Origin: a virus
Lineage: Duplodnaviria > Caudoviricetes
IMG/VR virus record: IMGVR_UViG_3300033153_011833
Span: 1-63,320 of that record
Direction: 5' to 3' (one strand)
Length of the DNA: 63,320 nucleotides
Below the pieces are notes generated by a model, which was given only the letters and a program-made list of their open reading frames with translations, ran no database searches and was not told the DNA's origin. Position numbers and translations under genes: made by a program. Positions 36,659 through 46,617 of the stretch are shown here, in pieces (the stretch's first letter is position 1; each line of letters starts with the position of its first letter).

Positions 36659-37672
36659 ATGAAGATAAATAGAGAAAAACTTTTAGGTCAACTGGAATCT
36701 ATTCTACCAGGTTTATCCACAAGAGAAATAATAGAACAATCATCCTGTTTTGTTTTTCAGAACAAAGTGGTGATGACTTATAATGATGAGGTGGCCTGCA
36801 CCCAAGAATCATGCCTCCCTGTTACAGGAGCCATACCAGCTACGCCCCTTATATCCATTCTTCGCAAATTGAAGGAAGAAGAATTGGAAATAACAATCGA
36901 TAAAAAAGAATTGTTGATTAAAGGTAATCGAAAAAAAGCAGGCATCAGAATGGACGCTGATATTTTACTTCCAATCAATTTGGTGGAAAAACCTAAAAAA
37001 TGGAAAGACCTGCCCGACGATTTTGCAAATGCTATAACTATTGTCAAACAGTGTGCAGGAAAAGATGAAACCAAGTTTTCACTGACCTGTGTACGACTCA
37101 CGCCCAAATGGATAGAAGCTTGTGATGGTTACCAAGCAGCCAGATATACAATAAAAATGGAAGTAGAAAAACCCACTCTTGTAAGAAAAGAATCTATAAA
37201 ATACATAGAAGAATTGGGCGTGTCAGAATTTAGTGAAACAAAGAATTGGATTCATTTTAGAAATTCTTCCGGACTTATTTTGAGTTGTCGTCGATGGGTT
37301 GAGGATTTTCCAAAATTATCAAAGCTATTACAAATCACAGGAACCCCCACCAAGTTTCCAAAAGGATTAACAGAAGCAGTAGAAAAAGCCGAGATTTTCT
37401 CAGCAGAAAATGTAGAAGATAACCAAATAGAAATAAACATCAAACCCAACAAGCTTCAAATTATTGGTAGAGGCGTTTCTGGATATTATCAAGAAATAAA
37501 GGACATAAAATACAAAGGAAAGCCTTTGTCATTTAGAGTTGCTGCCTGCCTATTTGCCAACTTAATCCGTCACCACAACACCTGTGAAGTAACCAAAGAT
37601 AGATTAAAAATAGCCGTTGGGAAATACACCTACGTTACTGTTCTTCAAGCAATTATCCCAGGAGAAAAATAA
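36659..37672 (+). CDS. DNA sliding clamp (beta-clamp-like)
   Basis: MKINREKLL start, EACDGYQAAR (ATDG.RL-like), FP linker; about 337 aa; clamp loader nearby. Confidence 0.75.
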   Translation: MKINREKLLGQLESILPGLSTREIIEQSSCFVFQNKVVMTYNDEVACTQESCLPVTGAIPATPLISILRKLKEEELEITIDKKELLIKGNRKKAGIRMDADILLPINLVEKPKKWKDLPDDFANAITIVKQCAGKDETKFSLTCVRLTPKWIEACDGYQAARYTIKMEVEKPTLVRKESIKYIEELGVSEFSETKNWIHFRNSSGLILSCRRWVEDFPKLSKLLQITGTPTKFPKGLTEAVEKAEIFSAENVEDNQIEINIKPNKLQIIGRGVSGYYQEIKDIKYKGKPLSFRVAACLFANLIRHHNTCEVTKDRLKIAVGKYTYVTVLQAIIPGEK

Positions 37673-38871
37673 TGAAAAAGGGGTTCTTCTCATCATCCAG
37701 TTTTCAAACCAAGGAAAAGATTCTCACAACCACTCGATGCGGTTTATGTGGACGTTATAAAAATTGTAAATCCCCTAAAATGCCCCCTACAGGCAAAGGC
37801 AGAAAAAAGATATTATTTATAGCTGAAGCTCCGGGTGCAGAAGAAGATAGGAAAAATATGCAGTTGGTTGGTCCATCCGGTCAATTTCTAAGGAAACACC
37901 TAAAAAAAATGGAGGTTGATTTGGATAAGGATTGTTGGAAAACAAATGCCGTTATATGCTTTAAGAAAAATAACGAAACTCCTAATAAAAAGGTAATAGA
38001 AGCTTGTCGGCCAAATCTAATGAGAACGATAAAACAGTATCAACCAAATGTAATTGTGCTCCTTGGTAAAATAGCAATAAGTTCTTTGATATCTGCTTTG
38101 TGGAAAACAGATGAAGGAGTTGTAAACAAATGGGCGGGATACTCTATACCTTGTCAAAGTTTGAATGCTTGGATTATTTGTACCTACCATCCTGCTTATT
38201 TACTAAGAAAAAATGATAAGGTCCTAAATAGATTTTTTGAAAATCATTTAAGGACTGCCCTACATAAATCTAAATCCAAACCTTGGAAAAAAATTCCTAA
38301 TTATAACAATCAAATTGATATTATAATGAACCCATTGCAAGCTGTAAAAGAAATTGAGAAAATAAAAGATGGTCCAATTGCTTTTGATTATGAAACTAAT
38401 TGTTTGAAACCTGAAGGAAAAGGCACCAAATTGGTTTCTTGTTCGATATGCTGGAAAGGGAAAAAGACAATAGCTTTTCCAATGGAAAAAGGAGTTGTTA
38501 CAGCGGTAAGCCGGTTGCTAAAATCGCCTATTCCTAAAATAGCAAGTAATATGAAGTTTGAAGATAGATGGACAAGAACGAAACTGGGACACCCTGTTAG
38601 AAATTGGTTGTGGGACACAATGATAGCCGCTCATGTTATAGACAACTCTCCTGGTGTAACAAGTATTAAATTTCAATCTTTTGTTTTTCTAGGAGTAGAA
38701 TCTTATAATGACGTTGTCAAACCTTTTTTTGAATCAGGCAAAGACAGATTCAATCGAATACACGAAATAGATTTGAATGATTTGTTATTATACAACGGAT
38801 TGGATAGTCTATTGGAATATAAGGTGGCAATGAAACAAATGCATGTTATGAAAGGATTAAAAAATGAGTAA
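37672..38871 (+). CDS. Uracil-DNA glycosylase family 4-like domain + 3'-5' exonuclease (N-terminal half of split PolA)
   Basis: CGLC, IAEAPG.EED and TYHPAYLLR motifs; then FDYETN, NMKFE, DTMIAAH and YNGLDS exonuclease motifs. Confidence 0.88.
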   Translation: MKKGFFSSSSFQTKEKILTTTRCGLCGRYKNCKSPKMPPTGKGRKKILFIAEAPGAEEDRKNMQLVGPSGQFLRKHLKKMEVDLDKDCWKTNAVICFKKNNETPNKKVIEACRPNLMRTIKQYQPNVIVLLGKIAISSLISALWKTDEGVVNKWAGYSIPCQSLNAWIICTYHPAYLLRKNDKVLNRFFENHLRTALHKSKSKPWKKIPNYNNQIDIIMNPLQAVKEIEKIKDGPIAFDYETNCLKPEGKGTKLVSCSICWKGKKTIAFPMEKGVVTAVSRLLKSPIPKIASNMKFEDRWTRTKLGHPVRNWLWDTMIAAHVIDNSPGVTSIKFQSFVFLGVESYNDVVKPFFESGKDRFNRIHEIDLNDLLLYNGLDSLLEYKVAMKQMHVMKGLKNE

Positions 38872-39412
38872 AGAAAGAGTAATAAAAGAGGTGAAAAAAA
38901 ATATCACTGTTATAGATAAAAAAATTGCAAGGGCCTTGTTTTTAACTAAAGCAAAAAAGGACGGGCGGTATGATTTATCTAGTGTTTATTTCAATAATGA
39001 AACCAAAGAGATTGTAGCTACAGATGCTAAAAGTATGCTTATTGTGGCAATTAAATCTACAGGACTTCTTGTTGAGTATGATAAATTGGAGACGGGTTTA
39101 TACAATATTTTTGGGGACGTCCTTGTTAGAAAAGATAATCAAGATAGTTCTTTTCCAAAATATCAAGATGTAATACCAAAATCATCAAAGGAAATATGTT
39201 CTGATAATATCCTTGATGGTCTTATTGATTGTATGATTAAAAATAAAACATACATAAACATATGGGAGTACGTATCGGTTTTGAAAATTCTTGATAGAAT
39301 GCCTTTCAATAAATGGGTTTTTATTAACGAATCCCCCAAATGTCCTGTGCTGATAGAATCTGAAAATGCTTTTTATAAAATTAAATATATCCTAATGCCT
39401 TTAAATAAATGA
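38864..39412 (+). CDS. Short beta-clamp-fold-like protein
   Basis: RYDLSSVYF...VATDAKSM, FPKYQDVIP and C-terminal YILMPL resemble the DnaN middle and C-terminal motifs. Confidence 0.5.
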   Translation: MSKERVIKEVKKNITVIDKKIARALFLTKAKKDGRYDLSSVYFNNETKEIVATDAKSMLIVAIKSTGLLVEYDKLETGLYNIFGDVLVRKDNQDSSFPKYQDVIPKSSKEICSDNILDGLIDCMIKNKTYINIWEYVSVLKILDRMPFNKWVFINESPKCPVLIESENAFYKIKYILMPLNK

Positions 39413-39449
39413 TAATAAAACAAATGAAACTTTTTGAAAGGAAAACAAG

Positions 39450-39869
39450 ATGAATTCTACAGAGTATATGAAAAACGTAAAACGAAGTGAATCCTCTAAT
39501 TTTCAAAATATAAACAGATGCATACTTCATGGTGCGATAGGAGTGTGTACGGAGGCAGGCGAATTGATGGACGTAATTAAAAAAACCTTATTTTATAACC
39601 GACTGTTGGACATAAAAAACCTAAAAGAAGAAATTGGAGATATATTTTGGTACTTAGGATTGATATGTAATGAGATTGGTATAACATTTGAAGAATTGAT
39701 GGATATGAACATTAGAAAGCTCAAAGTACGGTATCCAAATCAATTCAAAGAAAAAGACGAACAAACAAGAAACTATCAAAAAGAAAGGGAAGCAGCAGAA
39801 AAAGGAATGGAAGAAAATTATGACGATTCAAACCTGGAAGATAAGTTTAATGGAATAAATAATGGCTGA
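39450..39869 (+). CDS. MazG-like nucleotide pyrophosphohydrolase
   Basis: GVCTEAGE..D..KK, EEIGDIFWY and NIRKLKVRYP motifs. Confidence 0.88.
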   Translation: MNSTEYMKNVKRSESSNFQNINRCILHGAIGVCTEAGELMDVIKKTLFYNRLLDIKNLKEEIGDIFWYLGLICNEIGITFEELMDMNIRKLKVRYPNQFKEKDEQTRNYQKEREAAEKGMEENYDDSNLEDKFNGINNG

Positions 39870-40029
39870 TTTAGAAAAAGAAAAGTTTGAAGAATATAAG
39901 AAAATGGCTGAGGAACACGCAAATTTTTTATGTGAAAAAATTTTCAAGCCTGCTTTTATTATGGCATTTGTTCATGGAGCAAAACATATGTATGATGAAT
40001 TAAAGGATAAAGATGAAACCAATAACTAA
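39862..40029 (+). CDS. 55-aa hypothetical protein (not in ORF track)
   Basis: MADLEKEKFEEY...DETNN*, overlapping both neighbours. Confidence 0.55.
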   Translation: MADLEKEKFEEYKKMAEEHANFLCEKIFKPAFIMAFVHGAKHMYDELKDKDETNN

Positions 40030-41392
40030 CAAAGGTTATCAATTATTACATAATGGAACAATAGCTCTGTCCCAAGTAGAAGCTAACGGCATCAGGGTAG
40101 ATACTAATTATCTTAATCGAGCAATCAATCATACCAAACAACAAATTGAAAAAATAACAATCAAAATGAAACAAGACAGGATGTTCAAATTATGGCAAAA
40201 AAAGTATGGAACCAAAACTAATATGGGCTCAAGAAACCAATTGGGCACTATACTTTTTTCGATAATGAAATATCCATGCGAAGCTCATACAGATTCTGGA
40301 AGACCTAAAACAGATGAAACTGCTTTGGGTAAAGTTAATTTGCCGTTTGTTAGAAATTTCCTTAAATTGGAACGGCTCAAAAAAACGAATTCTACGTATT
40401 TACAAGGAATTCTTCGTGAAACGACAAATGGTTTTTTACACCCTTTTTTCAATCTTAATTTTGCCCGTACCTATCGGAGTAGCAGTGACCATCCTAATTT
40501 TCAAAACATGCCCATACGGAATCCCCAAACGGCAAAATTAGTTAGAAGAGCTTTTATTTCCAGACCTGGCCATCAAATTGTGGAAACTGATTACAATGGG
40601 GCAGAGATTCGTTGTGCAGTTTGTTATCATAAAGACCCAAGAATGATTTCTTATATTAAGGATGGAAAAAAAGATTTACATAGAGATATGGCGGGGCAGT
40701 GTTTTTATTTGCCTAAGAATCAAATAACAAAAGATGTTCGATTTTGTGGAAAAAATATGTTTGTATTTCCCCAATTTTATGGAGATTACTATCTTCGTTG
40801 TGCCGAGAATTTATGGAAAGCTATCGGTCAAATGAAACTCAAAAGAAAAGATGGAATTGATTTATATCAGCATCTGAAAAACAAAGGAATTTATAAATTA
40901 GGGAAATGTAACCCAAAAGAATCCCCAGTTGCAGGAACATTTGAACACCATTTACAAAAAGTAGAAGATATGTTTTGGAATGATTGGTTTAAGGTATATC
41001 AGCAATGGAAAGAAAAATGGTACACTGATTATGTCAATCGAGGTTATTTTGATACCTTAACAGGGTTTAGAATTGAAGGGTTTTATAATCGAAAAGAAGT
41101 AATCAATTATCCTGTGCAGGGTTCAGCTTTTCATTGGCTACTGTGGTCCTTGATTCGGATTCAAAAATTACTAAAAAAGTATAAAATGAAAACCTTAATA
41201 ATCGGGCAGATTCACGATAGTATTGTGGCTGATGTATTCAAAAAGGAATTGAAAACCTATTTAGAAATAGTGAATCAAGTAATGACCATTGATATAAGAA
41301 AACATTGGAAATGGATAATTGTTCCGCTATCAATAGAGAACGAAGCATCGCCCGTAAATGGAAACTGGTATGAGAAAAAATTAGTAAATTAA
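40013..41392 (+). CDS. Family A DNA polymerase, polymerase domain
   Basis: TYRSSS..PNFQN, motif A DYNGAEIR, motif B R..GK...F...YG, NYPVQG, motif C QIHDS. Confidence 0.92.
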   Translation: MKPITNKGYQLLHNGTIALSQVEANGIRVDTNYLNRAINHTKQQIEKITIKMKQDRMFKLWQKKYGTKTNMGSRNQLGTILFSIMKYPCEAHTDSGRPKTDETALGKVNLPFVRNFLKLERLKKTNSTYLQGILRETTNGFLHPFFNLNFARTYRSSSDHPNFQNMPIRNPQTAKLVRRAFISRPGHQIVETDYNGAEIRCAVCYHKDPRMISYIKDGKKDLHRDMAGQCFYLPKNQITKDVRFCGKNMFVFPQFYGDYYLRCAENLWKAIGQMKLKRKDGIDLYQHLKNKGIYKLGKCNPKESPVAGTFEHHLQKVEDMFWNDWFKVYQQWKEKWYTDYVNRGYFDTLTGFRIEGFYNRKEVINYPVQGSAFHWLLWSLIRIQKLLKKYKMKTLIIGQIHDSIVADVFKKELKTYLEIVNQVMTIDIRKHWKWIIVPLSIENEASPVNGNWYEKKLVN

Positions 41393-41404
41393 AGGAATTT
41401 TCTT

Positions 41405-42331
41405 ATGGAGATGTACAAAAAATATCGTCCTAAAACATTCAAAGAAATCATAGGGCAAACTAATTCCGTTAAAATCTTGCGGTCTAAACTTAAAAGTAAG
41501 ACATTGCCTCATGCCATTCTTTTTAGTGGTCCTTCTGGATGTGGCAAAACCACTCTTGCAAGAATAGTAAGAAAGGCTCTTCAATGCGGAATGCATGATT
41601 TCACCGAATTGGATTGTGCTGATTTTCGTGGTATAGATATGGTGCGAAATATTCGTACCCATTTATACCAAGCTCCTATTAGTGGTAAGTGTAGAATATG
41701 GTTAATAGATGAATGCCATAAAATGACAGGAGATGCCCAGAATGCTTTTCTCAAAATGCTGGAAGATACCCCAAACCATGTTTATTTTATGTTGGCTACA
41801 ACGGACCCCCAAAAATTAAAAACCACCATAAGAACCCGCTGTACTGAAATCGTTGTAAAACCTTTGAATTCCAAACATATGAACCAACTTCTTAATTCTG
41901 TTTGTTCGCAGGAAAATTTAAGAATCCCTTCTGAAGTACTAGAAAAAATAATAGACAACAGTAATGGTTCTGCTCGAAAAGCTCTTGTTCTTCTTGACCA
42001 AATAATAGAATTAAAAGATGCAGACGACATGTTAAACGCAATTAAAACAACTTCTGTGGAGGAACAAGCTATTTCTATTGCACGGGCTTTACACAATCCA
42101 AATACCCGTTGGAATGAATTGGCAAGGGTATTAAAAAGAATTCAAAATGAAGACCCAGAACCAATCCGTTGGATGATTTTAGGTTATGCCAAAGCTGTTT
42201 TGTTATCGGGAGGAAATCGTTCGGATAGAGCTTACTTAATTATAGAAGCTTTTCGAGACCATTTTTATGATTCAAAATGGGCAGGATTAGTTGCATCTTG
42301 TTATGAGGTAATAATAGGAGCAAAGGAGTAA
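41405..42331 (+). CDS. Clamp loader ATPase (DnaX gamma/tau-like)
   Basis: YRPKTF, GPSGCGKTT, IDECH, NAFLKMLE and TRC motifs. Confidence 0.9.
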   Translation: MEMYKKYRPKTFKEIIGQTNSVKILRSKLKSKTLPHAILFSGPSGCGKTTLARIVRKALQCGMHDFTELDCADFRGIDMVRNIRTHLYQAPISGKCRIWLIDECHKMTGDAQNAFLKMLEDTPNHVYFMLATTDPQKLKTTIRTRCTEIVVKPLNSKHMNQLLNSVCSQENLRIPSEVLEKIIDNSNGSARKALVLLDQIIELKDADDMLNAIKTTSVEEQAISIARALHNPNTRWNELARVLKRIQNEDPEPIRWMILGYAKAVLLSGGNRSDRAYLIIEAFRDHFYDSKWAGLVASCYEVIIGAKE

Positions 42332-43665
42332 TGAAATACAAAAACTTCTTAGAATCAAAAGGGATTAAAAATAAAGAAGAAGGATTCAAACCAATATGGG
42401 TGCCTGATTTTTTATATGATTTCCAAAGAGAGCTTGTTGATTGGTCGTTACGAAAAGGTAAAGCGGCATTATTTGAAGATTGCGGATTAGGAAAAACACC
42501 ACAACAACTTGTATGGTCCCAAAATATAATTATGAAAACTAATGGTAATGTTTTAATTGTAACTCCCTTAGCAGTATCTTATCAAACAATCAAAGAGGCA
42601 GAAAAATTTGGGATAGAAGTAAACCGAATTCAAGATGGTGTTATTTCTAAAGGAATCAATATAACTAATTATGAAAGATTGAAAAATTTTAATCCCAATG
42701 ATTTTGATGGGATAGTATGTGATGAATCTTCCATTTTGAAAAATTTTAATGGCAAAATACGAAAACATGTCACTGATTTTATGAACAAAATTAAATACAG
42801 GCTATTATGTACGGCTACTCCTGCTCCTAATGATTTTATAGAATTAGGAACATCATCAGAAGCTTTGGGAAATATGACAAGAAATCAAATGTCAGGAATG
42901 TTTTTTACTCATAATAGTAAAAATTCTTTACGATGGGTATTAAAAGGACATGCAAAAAAAAGATTTTGGCAATGGGTCTCTACATGGGCAAGAGCTATAA
43001 GAAAACCATCTGATTTAGGATATAAAGACAACAAATTTATTTTACCCCACTTAAACTTTTATAAACATATAGTAAAATCCAATCACAAAGAAAACACTTT
43101 AATACCATTACCTGCTGTGGGATTAAATGAGCAACGAATAGAAAAAAGAAGAACCTTATCTATAAGATGTGAAAAGGTAGCATCGATAATTCCTAAAAAT
43201 AAACCTTGTTTAATTTGGTGTCATTTGAATGATGAAGGAAATTTGTTAGAAAAAATAATCCCAGAATCGGTCCAAGTAAGTGGGAAAGATAATGATGACG
43301 ACAAGGAAAGTAAACTAATTGACTTTACAAATGGGGGCATAAGAATTTTAATTACCAAACCAAAAATAGGCGGCTTTGGTATGAATTGGCAACATTGCTC
43401 GGAAATGATGTTTTTTCCTTCCCATTCACATGAGCAATTTTATCAAGCATCAAGAAGATGCTGGCGATTTGGACAAAAAAATGAAGTCAATTGTCATTTA
43501 ATTGCAAGCGACAGAGAATCAATAATTTTACATAATATGCTGAAAAAAGAACAGCAATCAATTGAAATGTATAATGGCATTATTCGAGAAATGTCAGAAT
43601 TTCAGTTAGGGAAAAAAGAATTTGAAATAAAAACAGAAAAAATAAGGATTCCAAAATGGCTGTAA
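42331..43665 (+). CDS. SNF2-like helicase paired with a methyltransferase
   Basis: CGLGKT, DESSILK, TATPAPND and RRCWRFGQ motifs. Confidence 0.85.
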   Translation: MKYKNFLESKGIKNKEEGFKPIWVPDFLYDFQRELVDWSLRKGKAALFEDCGLGKTPQQLVWSQNIIMKTNGNVLIVTPLAVSYQTIKEAEKFGIEVNRIQDGVISKGINITNYERLKNFNPNDFDGIVCDESSILKNFNGKIRKHVTDFMNKIKYRLLCTATPAPNDFIELGTSSEALGNMTRNQMSGMFFTHNSKNSLRWVLKGHAKKRFWQWVSTWARAIRKPSDLGYKDNKFILPHLNFYKHIVKSNHKENTLIPLPAVGLNEQRIEKRRTLSIRCEKVASIIPKNKPCLIWCHLNDEGNLLEKIIPESVQVSGKDNDDDKESKLIDFTNGGIRILITKPKIGGFGMNWQHCSEMMFFPSHSHEQFYQASRRCWRFGQKNEVNCHLIASDRESIILHNMLKKEQQSIEMYNGIIREMSEFQLGKKEFEIKTEKIRIPKWL

Positions 43666-44609
43666 AATTTCAAAAAATAACTGATAGGTATGCTCTTTAT
43701 AACGGCGATTGTTGTGAAGTATTAAAATCCATTCCTGATAATAAAATAGGATTTTCGATTTTTTCACCCCCATTTTGTAATTTATATTCCTATTCTGATT
43801 CTAAAAAAGATATGGGAAACTCAAAAACATATAAAGAATTTTTTGAGCATTTTAGATTTTTAGTAAAAGAATTAAATCGAGTAATAATGCCAGGAAGAAT
43901 AATAGCGGTGCATTGTATGGATTTGCCAATACAAAAAAATGTTTCTGGATTCATCGGATTACGAGATTTTCCTGGAATGATAATAAAATTATTTCAAAAA
44001 GAAAAGTTTATTTATCATTCTAGACATTGTATATGGAAAGACCCATTACTTGCTGCGGTAAGAACGCACTCAATTGGTTTGGCACACAAACAAATAATAA
44101 AAGATTCGAGCATGTGTACAACTGGCATTCCTGATTATATTTTATCTTTTAGAAAAAGAGGTGAAAACCCAAAACCAATAAGAAATAAAAATGGACTAAC
44201 AACCTATTATGGCTCTCGAAGCATACCAAAAGAATTGGATAAATTTATTGGGCATAAGGAACAAAAAACAAATAAACGCTCCCATTGGATATGGCAACAA
44301 TATGCATCACCCGTTTGGTTTGATATAAGGCAAACAAGAGTATTGCCATATAGAAAGGGAAAAGGGGTAGATGATGAAAAGCATATATGTCCTTTACAAC
44401 TAGATACAATTGAAAGATGCATGACTTTGTGGTCAACAAAAAACGATATTGTATTAAGTCCCTTTATGGGAATAGGCTCAGAAATATATGTAGCTGTAAA
44501 AAATGAAAGAAAAGGAATAGGTATCGAATTAAAAACATCTTATTATAAACAAGCTGTTAGGACCATATCAAATTTGAAAACACAAAAAAATCGTTCATTG
44601 CTCCTATAA
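43656..44609 (+). CDS. DNA methyltransferase (N4C/N6A, beta type)
   Basis: FSPPF, HICPLQ, SPFMGIGSE and GIELK motifs. Confidence 0.88.
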   Translation: MAVKFQKITDRYALYNGDCCEVLKSIPDNKIGFSIFSPPFCNLYSYSDSKKDMGNSKTYKEFFEHFRFLVKELNRVIMPGRIIAVHCMDLPIQKNVSGFIGLRDFPGMIIKLFQKEKFIYHSRHCIWKDPLLAAVRTHSIGLAHKQIIKDSSMCTTGIPDYILSFRKRGENPKPIRNKNGLTTYYGSRSIPKELDKFIGHKEQKTNKRSHWIWQQYASPVWFDIRQTRVLPYRKGKGVDDEKHICPLQLDTIERCMTLWSTKNDIVLSPFMGIGSEIYVAVKNERKGIGIELKTSYYKQAVRTISNLKTQKNRSLLL

Positions 44610-44677
44610 ATTTTAATTTTTATTGCATATTATTGCCGAAAATAACAATAATATAATATACAGAAAGGAAAACAACC

Positions 44678-45172
44678 ATGCCAAAAAAAGATAAAGATTT
44701 AGAATTTGATTTTTTTGATATTGACATAAATAGATTAGACGAAGAATGGATAGGTCAGCCAAAAATCTTTTTCAAGTACGCTTCTGAACTAGCAGATGCC
44801 AAAAGAAGATTGGAAGAAGCCAAAGCAGAGTTGGATGTGGTAAAAGCAATTTGTGATAATAATGTTAGAAACAACCCACCAAAAGATACCAAACTAACAG
44901 AGACGTTGATAACAAATATTATTATACAAATCCCTAAATACAAGAAGGCCCAAAAAATATTAAGGATAAAAAAACATAGGGTTGACATTTTACAAGCAGC
45001 TGTAAATGCTTTGGACCATCGGAAGAGTGCCCTTGAGCGATTAGTTAGTTTACATGGTCAAAATTACTTTGCTGTTCCCAAATCTGATATACATTCAAAA
45101 GAAATGGTAGATGATATTGAAAAAGGGAATGCAAGATTAGCTGGCAAAAGAAGGAAGAGAAAGAAAAAATAA
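44678..45172 (+). CDS. UvsY-like recombination mediator
   Basis: Coiled coil with ID..RLDEE and KLTE motifs; upstream of gp32-like SSB and RecA. Confidence 0.55.
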   Translation: MPKKDKDLEFDFFDIDINRLDEEWIGQPKIFFKYASELADAKRRLEEAKAELDVVKAICDNNVRNNPPKDTKLTETLITNIIIQIPKYKKAQKILRIKKHRVDILQAAVNALDHRKSALERLVSLHGQNYFAVPKSDIHSKEMVDDIEKGNARLAGKRRKRKKK

Positions 45173-45173
45173 A

Positions 45174-45344
45174 ATGAAAACAAATCTGATAATTATTTTG
45201 ATATGTATCTGTGGATTTCCTTTTCTTATTTATGCTTGCGGAATTTTTATTTATATATGCGTCAAATTTGGAACGGTTGCTTATTACAAAGCAAAAGAAT
45301 TTATTGAAAAAGAAAAGAAGAATAGTTTTTATGAAGGAGACTGA
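45174..45344 (+). CDS. 56-aa membrane protein (not in ORF track)
   Basis: MKTNLIIILICICGFPFLIYACGIFIYICVKFG...; fills the gap exactly. Confidence 0.55.
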   Translation: MKTNLIIILICICGFPFLIYACGIFIYICVKFGTVAYYKAKEFIEKEKKNSFYEGD

Positions 45345-45345
45345 A

Positions 45346-46524
45346 ATGTCAAAAAGAAACAAGAGGAAGGAAAGAAAGAAGCGAAAGACAATTAACACCG
45401 CTCGGAGAAGGGCGGAGCAACATGGAACTGGGTTTGAAAGAACCACGTTGGCTTTGCCAGAAGGGGCCAGTCTTTTTAAGTTGAAGAATGATAAGACTGT
45501 GCGGCTTGATATCATTCCGTATGTCGTGGGAAAGGGCAACCCTTGGGCAGATGAAGGGGAACTCCATTATGAAAGAACTTATTTTGTTCACCGGGGAATA
45601 GGAGCGGAACAAAATTCGTATTCTTGTCTCCGAAAAACATTAAAAAAGAAATGTCCTGTTTGTGAATATCGAGCAAAATTGATGAATAGTCCAGACCCAG
45701 ATGAAGACCTTATTAGAAGCTTAGCTCCGAAAGAACGACAACTTTTTAATGTTATAGATACCAGTGATAGGGAAAAGGGCATTCAAATATGGGATATTGC
45801 TTGGTGGTTGTTTGGGAAAGCATTAGATGCCAAAATTCGCAATGCTGATGAAGATGATGATTATGATACTTTTGATTCGATAGATAACGGATATACATTA
45901 AAGTTAGGTATCGAAGAGAATCATTTTGAAGGACGTGCTTTCTATAGCATAACAGACATTGATTTCAAACATAGGAAAGAAAATTATGATGAAAGTATTC
46001 TAGATGAAGCCTATGTTTTGGATGACATTATCAAAATCACTCCTTATGATGAATTGAAGAAGATACTACTTCAAAATGAAGATGACGAGGACAATGATGA
46101 TGCAGCCATTAAACCAAAATCCAAAAAGTCAATGAACAAAAAGAAGCATAAGAAAGATGAAGAAGAATTTGACGAGGATTTTGAAGACGAAGAACTATTT
46201 GACGAAGACGAAAACGACGATGAACAAGAAGAGGAATTTGACGAAGACTTCGAGGACGAGGACGACGAGGACGGTGAAGAATTCGATGAGGATGAAGACG
46301 ATATAGAATTTGACGAAGATTTTGAAGATGAAGACGATGAAGAGCAAGACGATTTCGACGAAGACTTTGAAGACGACGAGGGGCAAGAAGAAGATTTCGA
46401 TGAGGATTTTGAAGACGAACAAGAAGAAGACAAACCGAAAAAGAAAAAGAAAGCTAGCAGAAAGAAAAAGAAAACTAGTAAAAAGAAAAAGAAAACCAGT
46501 AAAAAGAAAAAGTCAAGAAAGTAA
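45346..46524 (+). CDS. T4 gp32-like ssDNA-binding protein with long acidic and polybasic tail
   Basis: H...C......CPVC zinc site, NVID, GIQIWD; AAGGAG RBS before 45346. Confidence 0.7.
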   Translation: MSKRNKRKERKKRKTINTARRRAEQHGTGFERTTLALPEGASLFKLKNDKTVRLDIIPYVVGKGNPWADEGELHYERTYFVHRGIGAEQNSYSCLRKTLKKKCPVCEYRAKLMNSPDPDEDLIRSLAPKERQLFNVIDTSDREKGIQIWDIAWWLFGKALDAKIRNADEDDDYDTFDSIDNGYTLKLGIEENHFEGRAFYSITDIDFKHRKENYDESILDEAYVLDDIIKITPYDELKKILLQNEDDEDNDDAAIKPKSKKSMNKKKHKKDEEEFDEDFEDEELFDEDENDDEQEEEFDEDFEDEDDEDGEEFDEDEDDIEFDEDFEDEDDEEQDDFDEDFEDDEGQEEDFDEDFEDEQEEDKPKKKKKASRKKKKTSKKKKKTSKKKKSRK

Positions 46525-46617
46525 GTTGTTAAGAGGTGAGAAGTTTTAACATGAACATAGGAATGATTGTAACGGAGTATAATCATTCCTTTTATTTTAC
46601 TAATTTGAAAAATCAAA

